A DNA stretch of 64,000 bases, taken from NCBI GenBank assembly GCA_050250895.1, contig JBFWNU010000001.1, positions 3,840,149-3,904,148 of the forward strand, written 5' to 3'. The translations under genes and the position numbers were made by a program. Position 1 is the first letter of the stretch, and each line of letters opens with the position of its first letter. The stretch comes from Vulcanimicrobiota bacterium (GTDB lineage Bacteria; Vulcanimicrobiota; Xenobia; Xenobiales; JADMJV01). This document shows, piece by piece, positions 18,629-27,726 of this stretch. Below the pieces are notes generated by a model. The model searched no databases. It saw nothing but the letters and a program-made list of their open reading frames with translations, and was not told where the DNA came from.

Positions 18629-19078
18629 TTAATTTCGGCTTTTGAGCCAGTGGACGTAGCCCAACTCGGGGGCAGGGTTCGGGCAAGCGGGACCGGTCGG
18701 ACCCAGCCAATACTCCTGCCCTTTAGAATCGGAGTCGTAGGCGCCGGCCAGTTGATGGCCCGGGCAGGTCGGAATCTGCCTTAGATAGTCCGGCGTCAAC
18801 AAGCTCAACCGGGCCGGAGGAGCTTGAAAATCCGCAGCGTACAACTCGACTGCCACGGCCAGGTTCTTGAGATTGCTCTGGCAGGCCCGTTGACGGCCCT
18901 CGAACATCAGGCGATCGGCCCGATAGGCGCCATAGGTGGCAGCCAGAGGGAGGGCGACCACCTCGAGGCCCACCACCACGGCCAGTTTGATCGCTGGGGT
19001 CTGGCCGCGGGTCAGGCCCAGGGCCACCACGGCGGCGCTGCCGGTGATCAGCAGAAAGAAAAAGGCGGCCGTCATCAT
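18629..19078 (-). CDS. Membrane protein with pseudopilin-like domain
   Basis: Two TMs then ACQSNLKNLAVAVELY..LTPDYLRQIPTCP; no prepilin cleavage site. Confidence 0.65.
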   Translation of the reverse strand: MMTAAFFFLLITGSAAVVALGLTRGQTPAIKLAVVVGLEVVALPLAATYGAYRADRLMFEGRQRACQSNLKNLAVAVELYAADFQAPPARLSLLTPDYLRQIPTCPGHQLAGAYDSDSKGQEYWLGPTGPACPNPAPELGYVHWLKSRN

Positions 19079-19111
19079 ACGGCCGCCTTTTCGGCGCTCC
19101 GGCTGGGTGTC

Positions 19112-20185
19112 CTAGTTAAACGACAACCCGTAGCGGTTGAAGCAATACATGGGCAGTTGCTGTTCGAGTTGCTCGAGCATCGCCCCCGGCAACTGGGTCT
19201 GCTCGGGATAGATGCAATGGGCCAGCTCAAGGCCCTGATAGATGGTCTCGCCAGCGACGACGAATCGCTGCAGAGTCTGTTGGACGCGGCTCTTGATCAC
19301 GGTGAGCATGGTCTCGATGTGGTCCTCGGGGGACTGCTCGGCCAGGATGATGACAAAGGTCTGCTCGTCGATGCGACCCAGCACGTCGCTGCCCCGAAGC
19401 AATCCGGCCAGGCGTCCAGCCGCGAAGCTGAGCACCCTGGGAGAGGCATCCGGTAGCGACACTCCGACCAGGGCTACTCGCTGGCGATAGCGCTGGGCTC
19501 GCTTGATCAACAAATCGAGCAAGTGGAACGTCAGAGCCCGGTTGGGAAGACCAGTGATGGGGTCGTCTAGTCGTTGCAGGGTTTCGTGGGCCAGATGAGC
19601 CTCGACCCGCGAGGCGCGTTCTTCGGCGGCCCGCACCCTTCGCTCGGCCAGTAACCATTCGCTCTCGGCCAGGTAGGCTCGCTCTTCCGCTGTCTCGACC
19701 TGGGCCTCGAGGTCGTTGGTGCGTTGGCGCGCTCGCGCCAATTGGGCTTCGGCTCGCCTCAGTTCCTCGTGTAGCTCTTCGCAATCCAGGCGAAGCAACA
19801 GCCTCGAGCTGGCTTCCTCCGCTTGCTCCTCGGCAAAGGCCATGGCCTCGCGCACGTTCGCCCGGGCGTGATCAAGGCGCTCTTCCATCTCGCGAATGTG
19901 TTCTTCAAGACGCCTGGTCTGGGCTCGCGACACTTGCATCTCTTTGGCCGTGCAGTACGGCGTCAGGGTCACCAGGAGCGCCGGATTGCCGTCCCAATCG
20001 AACATCTGCAAGCGCACCTGTTCCTGGCCAAGGCGCGGCAACACGGTGCCCGTCAACCTGCCCAACGGCTTGCCCAAAAAACTGGCCGCGGCGGGATTGG
20101 CATAGCGTATCTTTCGGGCTGCATCAACCACCATGACGGGGTCGGGCAGGCTCTCGAGAATGCGAACGGAGTCAGTCTTCTTCAT
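19112..20185 (-). CDS. PAS / coiled-coil / degenerate GGDEF protein
   Basis: ILESLPDPVMVVD..YANPAA; DPITGLPNR; RGSD I-site; active site reads IDEQTF. Confidence 0.8.
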   Translation of the reverse strand: MKKTDSVRILESLPDPVMVVDAARKIRYANPAAASFLGKPLGRLTGTVLPRLGQEQVRLQMFDWDGNPALLVTLTPYCTAKEMQVSRAQTRRLEEHIREMEERLDHARANVREAMAFAEEQAEEASSRLLLRLDCEELHEELRRAEAQLARARQRTNDLEAQVETAEERAYLAESEWLLAERRVRAAEERASRVEAHLAHETLQRLDDPITGLPNRALTFHLLDLLIKRAQRYRQRVALVGVSLPDASPRVLSFAAGRLAGLLRGSDVLGRIDEQTFVIILAEQSPEDHIETMLTVIKSRVQQTLQRFVVAGETIYQGLELAHCIYPEQTQLPGAMLEQLEQQLPMYCFNRYGLSFN

Positions 20186-21134
20186 CTCTAACCTCCCTCT
20201 TGCAACTTGAGGCCACCACTTCCATCAACTCTTTGCCGAAGGGGTCAACGAAGATATAGCGCTTGCAACCGCGGATGGTGGGTCGGGTGAGCATGTCTCC
20301 CACCAACGACCGGGTGCTGGCTTCGCCGGCCCTGTCCACCAGACCGCGCACGCCCTCAAAGCGGTACTCTACCAGATTCCCTGAAGGCTCGCTAAGACGC
20401 ACCGTCAGGCCCTTCGAGTTGCGTTCATAGCCTCGCAGTCGACCCTCGTGCCCACTGCCGGTGAAATACTCGTGGGACGGTTCTACCTCGAGCGGCACAT
20501 CGGGAGCATAGGCATCTTCAAAATGTAACTGGTGGTCGATGGGAGCGTTCTGGCGCTGACGGGCGATTTTTTCGTAGCGGCGCAGGGCGAGCCGGTTTTC
20601 GGGGCTGACGCGGACAAACTGTAGTCCGACCTTGAACAGGTTACGCAGCCATTCTTTGCACCACACCACCTGGGCGCAACATTCGATGGGGGGCAAGCTG
20701 TCGACATCAAACTCCAGTCGCAGCAACACCGAGGCCCCGTGGGCCACTGCCTCGGGCAAGACCAGTTGCAGACCGCCCTGACTGAAGTCAAGGGTGTTGG
20801 TCCGATAGCCCGGCAGGTCTTTCGAAACCACGCAGAGTTGGCATTCGACGCGTTGGTAGGCTCGCAAGGCGGTGTCGTCGTGCCCTGTCTGGCCCCAGGC
20901 TGGCAGAGGCTCGTTTCCCAAGAGCACTGCCACCAGGGCAAACCCACCTCCGGTCAGGTTGCGGCAACTCTCGACGACCACTTGCATGGGGCGGGTGCGA
21001 CTGGCATCGGGTAGATTGATGCGGACCATCAAGATCTTCCCGCGTGCGTAGAAGCGGTCCGACCGCAACACCAACAGTCTCTGTTCACCGTCGAGGTAGT
21101 CGACAACCGGACCGGCAAGAAAGTCTAAAAGCAT
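20172..21134 (-). CDS. PilZ domain protein
   Basis: RAYQR and DFSQGG motifs, AQVVW, VGLQF. Confidence 0.85.
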   Translation of the reverse strand: MLLDFLAGPVVDYLDGEQRLLVLRSDRFYARGKILMVRINLPDASRTRPMQVVVESCRNLTGGGFALVAVLLGNEPLPAWGQTGHDDTALRAYQRVECQLCVVSKDLPGYRTNTLDFSQGGLQLVLPEAVAHGASVLLRLEFDVDSLPPIECCAQVVWCKEWLRNLFKVGLQFVRVSPENRLALRRYEKIARQRQNAPIDHQLHFEDAYAPDVPLEVEPSHEYFTGSGHEGRLRGYERNSKGLTVRLSEPSGNLVEYRFEGVRGLVDRAGEASTRSLVGDMLTRPTIRGCKRYIFVDPFGKELMEVVASSCKREVRDEED

Positions 21135-21327
21135 GATTGGTGCCCCTTCCGTCGATCGCCCTACCCAATTAACTTACCCCGATGTCCAAGATTTTACTCT
21201 GTTCGAAAGGAATCTTTTTCTCGAGGTAAGAATGAAGCCGGCTTTTTGGGTTGGCCTGGAACGGCGCTGGGTAGCGACGTGCCGGTCCGGCAGGAATAAG
21301 CCTGCCCCGTGTGCGACGTTACCCGCC

Positions 21328-22194
21328 ATGAAAAGATACCTTTTGCTGATGCTTACCACCCTCGGATTAGCGGCCATGGCCTCTCCTGGCGCCGGAAACG
21401 TCGAGCTGGCCGGGGTTCGCTGGCAATCCTGGGAAGAGGCTCAGGGGCGGGCCCGGCGCGAAGGCAAACCGATTCTGCTCTTTGATATGGTGGGGCGCCT
21501 CGACGAGCGCTGGTGCTGAACCAACGCACGCACCGTGAGGGCCGTGCTGCTCTCCGACACCAAAACCGCTCGCTATCTCGATGAACATTTCATCCTGGCC
21601 TGGAATAGCGTCAGGCCCGCTCCGAAAGTCAGGATCGACTTCGGCAACGGTAGGGTGCTCGAGCGCACCCTCAAGGGAAACACAGTGTTCTATGTTTGCA
21701 ACAGCCAGGGGCGGGTCGTCGACGCTCTGCCCGGAGTCTATCTGCCCGGCGATTTCCGGGCCGAACTGGCGCAGAGCCTCGAGCTTTTGGCTCAGGACCC
21801 CGAACAGGTTCGTCGCCGTCACGACCAGGCTGGGGTCGCTATGGGAATGGCCATGGTCGGCAAGGGCTTCGTCGAGGCTCCACTTTTGCAGGCACTCGAT
21901 GCGCCCGCCCACAAGACGGGCGCCATTCGCGACATCAGTGGCGAGCCCCATAGTCGGCAAGAGCTAGAAGCCTTGATCCCCGGCCAGGGCGAGTTGGCCG
22001 GGCGGGCGCTCCAGGCCGACTCGAAGGCCAGCCGCGAGGTCTTGCGCCCGGCCGCCCATCGTCTGTTGGCGGGGTTCTCGACCCTGCCTCGGCCGGAGGA
22101 CTGCCGCCAGCAACTCTATCGCGACGTGCTCAAGGTGGACCTCGACGATCCGTATCTGGGCCTCAAGCTCGAGGGAATGCCCGGCACACCGTAA
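21328..22194 (+). CDS. Putative selenoprotein N-like thioredoxin-fold protein (in-frame UGA at 21517-21519)
   Basis: Signal peptide, W..WEEA..RARREGKPILL..GRLDERWC-TGA-TNARTVR; the two listed ORFs (ending 21519, starting 21535) are in the same frame. Confidence 0.8.
21526..21547 (+). promoter_or_regulatory. Candidate bacterial SECIS element
   Basis: gcacg/cgtgc stem with upper cc-GTGA-gg loop; loop G is 16 nt after the UGA. Confidence 0.5.
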
Positions 22195-22225
22195 GGTTGT
22201 CGGCGCGTAATGTGAACCGAGTGCC

Positions 22226-22654
22226 TCAATCGGTTTCGCAGGCCAACAATTCGCCGCGGCCGTAGATGCCTTCTTCGACCATCAGGTAGCCGGCCTGAAG
22301 AAATTCAGGCTGGTCCTGGTCGATGCCCATCAAGATCAGGCTGTAGCCCTCGATGATCGAATCCAGACAGTCGTTCCAGCCTTGGGCCAGCTGGGGGAAC
22401 TCGGCGAACGGGTTGTCGTGGACTTCCGCTTCCCACTCTTCGAGATCGGTGCGCAGCTCTTTCACGGTCTCTTCGCGGCTCTCTTCGCCGGTCATGAAGT
22501 CGTCGAGCAGCAGGCGCAACTCCTCGAGTGCGCTCTCGCGAGCCCCGTCGAGTTCCACTTCGAGATCCTCGGTGTCTAGTTCGTCGAGGTCAATCGGGGC
22601 CGGCTGCCAGGGGCTGCTGATCTCGATCTCGAGGCCGGTCTCAGGATCCAGCAT
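22226..22654 (-). CDS. Acidic helical hypothetical protein
   Basis: ATG 22654 behind AGGAG, overlapping the upstream gene. Confidence 0.65.
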   Translation of the reverse strand: MLDPETGLEIEISSPWQPAPIDLDELDTEDLEVELDGARESALEELRLLLDDFMTGEESREETVKELRTDLEEWEAEVHDNPFAEFPQLAQGWNDCLDSIIEGYSLILMGIDQDQPEFLQAGYLMVEEGIYGRGELLACETD

Positions 22655-22922
22655 CCTGGTTCTCCTCTTGTGGTTGCTGCTGCTGCTTGCGCTTGCGCTT
22701 GCGGCCGCGGCGTCTACGAGCCTTGCGTCCGGCCATGCGCTTGAGTTTGCGGGTCTCGACCAGTTTGCGCAAGAGCACGTTCTCGCGCTTGGGAACGCCC
22801 CGGGCGCCGCCGGCCTTCTTAGGGGTGGCCGTCTTCTTCTGGGTGGCAGTCTTCTTGGCCGCATCGGCTTCTTTGCCGTGCCGGACGTGGCCCGCGGGGT
22901 GGTGGCCACCAATCGAGGTCAT
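22641..22922 (-). CDS. Small highly basic (histone-like) protein
   Basis: KKTATQKKTATPKK and RKARRRRGRKRKRK; SD AGGA. Confidence 0.55.
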   Translation of the reverse strand: MTSIGGHHPAGHVRHGKEADAAKKTATQKKTATPKKAGGARGVPKRENVLLRKLVETRKLKRMAGRKARRRRGRKRKRKQQQQPQEENQDAGS

Positions 22923-23031
22923 TGCTCAAGGATTCCTGTCGTCAAGCCTTTCGGCCTGCCCAAAGAAGCCGGTCAACGACCGGCTTCTGACACTTTTTCT
23001 GACAGACTCGGGCCCGAGCCTCGAGTCGTGT

Positions 23032-23481
23032 CTAGGGGGCGGGAATTTCTGGTTCCACCAGCCTGGCTAGATATTCCAAGGATTGTTGCCAGCCCAGGTA
23101 ACATTGCTCAGCGGGAATGGCGGCCGGGATCCCTTCCTGGACGATGTTGAGTTCGGTCCCGCAGCTGACGGCCCGTAGCTCGACCGTGGTGACCATCTCG
23201 CCTGGCAGATTGGGATCGTCGAATACATCGGTGTAACGGAGCTTCTCGTTGGGCACGAGTTCCTGATAAGTACCGCCGAAAGAGTGGCCGTTGCCGGTGG
23301 TGAAGTTACGAAAGGTCATGCGAAATTGGCCGCCCACCCGGGCCTCGAGCTTTTCGACCGAGCAGGTGAACCCGTGCGGAGGCAGCCAGCGAGCCAGCGC
23401 GTCGGGCTCGAGAAAAGCCCGGTATACCTTCTCGGGTTTGGCGGTCAGCACGCGATGTAGTTTTACAGTTCCAGTAGCCAT
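23032..23481 (-). CDS. SRPBCC/AHSA1 family protein
   Basis: MATGTVKLHRVLTAKPEKVYRAF..WLPPHGF..GWQQSL; SD AAGGAG. Confidence 0.93.
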   Translation of the reverse strand: MATGTVKLHRVLTAKPEKVYRAFLEPDALARWLPPHGFTCSVEKLEARVGGQFRMTFRNFTTGNGHSFGGTYQELVPNEKLRYTDVFDDPNLPGEMVTTVELRAVSCGTELNIVQEGIPAAIPAEQCYLGWQQSLEYLARLVEPEIPAP

Positions 23482-23660
23482 GGTTTGAGTCTCCTTTGTC
23501 TGATTAGCCCCTCCACCATGTGGTCGTTCGGCGAGCGGCTGGATCGACATTCTCCGAAAGAAGGTGACTTCAAGGCAAGAACTCGAGACCGACGACCGAC
23601 TTGCCGCCGGCCAACGGAGCAGACCAGGCGACCCGAGCCGGGCACTTGTCCCGGCGTCGC

Positions 23661-23694
23661 AAAATGAAAGAAGCCGGCCATCCGGCCGGCTTCT
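23661..23694 (-). terminator. ahcY intrinsic terminator
   Basis: agaagccggcc-atcc-ggccggcttct stem with T-rich tail on the minus strand. Confidence 0.75.
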
Positions 23695-23753
23695 AAGCGG
23701 GCGGCGGGGGGTACTACCCCACTGCCGTCTACCGTCTGCTAACTACCGTCTGA

Positions 23754-25070
<1,317 letters not shown>

Positions 25071-25137
25071 TCAAAGGTGTATCTCGATAATAGGGGGCCG
25101 GAGGGGCCCCCGCATCCCCGTGATCGGGTAAATGACT

Positions 25138-25167
25138 CTACCTGATCTAATACCTGATTTCAGGTAG
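25138..25167. promoter_or_regulatory. Candidate operator between divergent ahcY and phosphoesterase genes
   Basis: TACCTGA-TT-TCAGGTA 7-2-7 palindrome plus a third TACCTGA half-site; TTGACA on the minus strand at 25184-25189. Confidence 0.5.
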
Positions 25168-25199
25168 GCCAAACTTCGCTCTCTGTCAAAGCCTCGCTC

Positions 25200-25844
25200 G
25201 TGCGCGTTCTCTTCATGGCCGACTTACACTGGGCGGGTCAGCGAGGGCTAGAGTGGCCTGACGAGCAGGCCGACCTGGTCTTGCTCGGCGGCGACCTGAC
25301 CAACTTCTGCGGCGGAGCCATCGTCGCAAAGGTGATTGATGCGGCCGCCGCTCGCTATGGCAAAGTGATGGCTGTGTGCGGCAACTGCGACCTGCCCGAG
25401 GCCGAGGCCACCTTGCGCGAACTCGATGTCGACCTCGACGGGCGGGCCCGCGACCTCGCCGGGGTTCGCTTTCTGGGGCTCTCGGGGGGGTTGCCTTTTG
25501 GCAATTGTCCCTACGAACGCAGCGAAAACAACTATCGCGATCTGGCCGCCGAACTCTTTGCCGAGGCTCACCCCCGGCCGCTCGTTCTGGTCTCGCATCA
25601 GCCCCCGCACGGAGTGGCCTGCGATCTGACCCGAGGCCGTCATGTAGGCTCGACCGCCCTGCGCCAGGTCATTCAAGACCATCAGCCCGACCTGGTTCTC
25701 TCAGGCCATATCCACGAAGGCATTGGCACCGATCAGGTGGGCCGCACCACCATCGCCAACCCCGGCCCCTGGATGGCCCGCCGTTATCTCACCTTCGACG
25801 CCGACTCGGCTGGGGTCTCAAACCTCGTCCTGCATCACGGCTGA
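25200..25844 (+). CDS. Metallophosphoesterase (Icc-like)
   Basis: DLH, GD, GNCD, SHQPP, GHIHE motifs. Confidence 0.92.
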   Translation: MRVLFMADLHWAGQRGLEWPDEQADLVLLGGDLTNFCGGAIVAKVIDAAAARYGKVMAVCGNCDLPEAEATLRELDVDLDGRARDLAGVRFLGLSGGLPFGNCPYERSENNYRDLAAELFAEAHPRPLVLVSHQPPHGVACDLTRGRHVGSTALRQVIQDHQPDLVLSGHIHEGIGTDQVGRTTIANPGPWMARRYLTFDADSAGVSNLVLHHG

Positions 25845-25854
25845 GCGCAGGCCC

Positions 25855-26835
25855 TTAGTAGCCCCGATAAGCTCCACCCTGACTCATGCTCTTCACGCCC
25901 GGCACGTTCGAGGTCGAGCCGTAGCGCGCGACGGCATACTTCACGGCGGCCACGATGTTGTGGACGGGATTCCAGATGTCGTCATGACCGGGCGACTTGT
26001 ATTGATTGAAGGTGCTGTCGATGCACTGCATGATGCCCTTGGAAGGATGCCCCGCCTTGGCGTTGCTGTCCCAGTTGTTCTGGGCGTTGGGGTTGCCTCC
26101 CGATTCCTTTTGAATCATCAGATAGATGTCTTGCTCGCGCACTTTGGACATGTCCACGCCATCTTGTTGGAGAATCTGCATCGCTTGAGCGACCCACTCT
26201 CTGACGTTGCCAGAAGGCTGGGTAGTAGGGGCCGGACCCGAGGCGGGGCCGGCCTCTTGAGGTCCGCCGCCACCCTGGGGGCCTCCGGCACCTTGGGGTC
26301 CTCCCCAGTCTTGCTGCTCGCGACGCCAGGGGGTTCGGGCGGCCGGGTTATTGTCGCCACCGGCTACCGGTGCGCCACCTTCGGCTCCACCCGCCTCGCC
26401 AGCGTTCTGCCCGTCCTGGGCCTGATCGCCGCCGTCGACCTTGGTGAGGTCCGCCTGAAGCTTGGCTAGCTGCTCTTCGAGCGCTTTTTTCTTTTCGGGA
26501 TCTTTTTCGGCCTCGATCTGTTGCTGCAGATCTTGAATCTGCTGATTCAGGTCGGTCTTCTGTTGCTCGGGAGTCTTGGGTGGGTCAGATTCTTTGGCCT
26601 TCTCGCCCTGGTCCGCAGCCCTGGCCTCTTCAGACTCAGGCCCGAAGTTGCCCTTCAGAGCGTCGACATGCTTGGAAAGGCCGGGTTCCTTTTTCTCGCC
26701 TTGCGTGTTCGTGAGGGAGACTTTCTCCTCGGGGGCGGCCTTGGGGGCCTCTTTGGGGGCTGGCGTCTCGGTCTTCTTCGGCTGGACCGGCCGGGCTTGG
26801 GTCGTTTGATGGTTGTTGACTTTGGGCGTGCTCAT
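25855..26835 (-). CDS. SLT-domain lytic transglycosylase with disordered/coiled-coil N-terminus
   Basis: KESGGNPNAQNNWDSNAKAGHPSKGIMQ, IWNPVHNIVAAVKY; SD GGAGGAG. Confidence 0.9.
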   Translation of the reverse strand: MSTPKVNNHQTTQARPVQPKKTETPAPKEAPKAAPEEKVSLTNTQGEKKEPGLSKHVDALKGNFGPESEEARAADQGEKAKESDPPKTPEQQKTDLNQQIQDLQQQIEAEKDPEKKKALEEQLAKLQADLTKVDGGDQAQDGQNAGEAGGAEGGAPVAGGDNNPAARTPWRREQQDWGGPQGAGGPQGGGGPQEAGPASGPAPTTQPSGNVREWVAQAMQILQQDGVDMSKVREQDIYLMIQKESGGNPNAQNNWDSNAKAGHPSKGIMQCIDSTFNQYKSPGHDDIWNPVHNIVAAVKYAVARYGSTSNVPGVKSMSQGGAYRGY

Positions 26836-26962
26836 CCAATCGTCTCCTCCGAAATTCTTGTTACCAGTAAAGCACAGGGTGGTTGCCAGACCAAGCGTTT
26901 TCAGGTTGTCATTCCGTAATAAATGTGAGCATCAGGTTGCCGTTCTTGCCATTTCGTGCCGT

Positions 26963-27352
26963 TCAGGCCAGGAGCAAGCCAACATGATCAAGGTAGGTGC
27001 TGGCCTGTTGCAAGGCTTCCTCAGCCATTCTCTGGGTGAAGACGGCGGCCGTCTCATCGTCAGCATCTTCCCGGGCCGTCTGCAGGGTGCGCAGATAGCG
27101 GGCAATGGCCGGATCGAGTTGGCCCGGCTCGACGAAATGCTGGTAGACGAGGTGAGAGACCCCGGTATGGGTGCGGGCTTCCATCCCGACGCTGAGCAAG
27201 AGTGCCCGGGCCGCATGCAGCGCGGCAAAGTAGGCCCGCGACACCGCGCCTTTCGTCTTGTCGTGGTCTAGCAACAGGCGCGCTTCCTCCAAGGCCTCCC
27301 GGGCCTCGCTCCATTGCTGGGCCTGATTGTGGCGGCGGTTCTCTTCGGTCAC
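26963..27352 (-). CDS. HEPN domain protein (HEPN/MNT module 1)
   Basis: AVSRAYFAALHAARALL, RTHTGV, REDAD. Confidence 0.9.
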   Translation of the reverse strand: MTEENRRHNQAQQWSEAREALEEARLLLDHDKTKGAVSRAYFAALHAARALLLSVGMEARTHTGVSHLVYQHFVEPGQLDPAIARYLRTLQTAREDADDETAAVFTQRMAEEALQQASTYLDHVGLLLA

Positions 27353-27687
27353 AGCGGGATTCCGTCGTTGAGGATATCGCGAGCCAGGAGTCGTTCTCGG
27401 CGCACCAGTTCCTCAAAGTGGGCTCGAGCCATGATGCGGGGCGAGACCAGGAACGGAAAGCCGAGTTCTTCCTCTACACTGCAGGCCGCCTCGATGATAG
27501 CGCGGTCAAGCTTGGGGTCGCGCTGGTCGACCATGACGAAGATGTCCAGGTCTGACCCGGCGTGGGCCTCTCCCCGGGCCATCGAGCCAAACACGCGAAA
27601 CTCCAGAATGCGCTCTCCGCCCGCATCCTCGGCGCGGGACTTGAAAGTGCGAGCGGCCTGCGCGGCCAGGGGCGAAAGCGAGTCCAT
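27349..27687 (-). CDS. Minimal nucleotidyltransferase (MNT)
   Basis: FGSMARGEAHAGSDLD; 4-nt overlap with the HEPN gene. Confidence 0.92.
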   Translation of the reverse strand: MDSLSPLAAQAARTFKSRAEDAGGERILEFRVFGSMARGEAHAGSDLDIFVMVDQRDPKLDRAIIEAACSVEEELGFPFLVSPRIMARAHFEELVRRERLLARDILNDGIPL

Positions 27688-27726
27688 CCCAGAGAACTTC
27701 CCCGCTGGTTCCGGCTGGCCTTCTGC

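Noticed and set aside
21535-22194. Independent gene or pseudogene fragment
   Set aside because: No SD, begins mid-fold, and is in frame with the upstream ORF through a Cys-adjacent UGA; Sec readthrough is the simpler explanation
25855-27687. Prophage or defence island
   Set aside because: No integrase, structural genes, att sites or compositional shift; the helicase, TA pairs and TerB are dispersed
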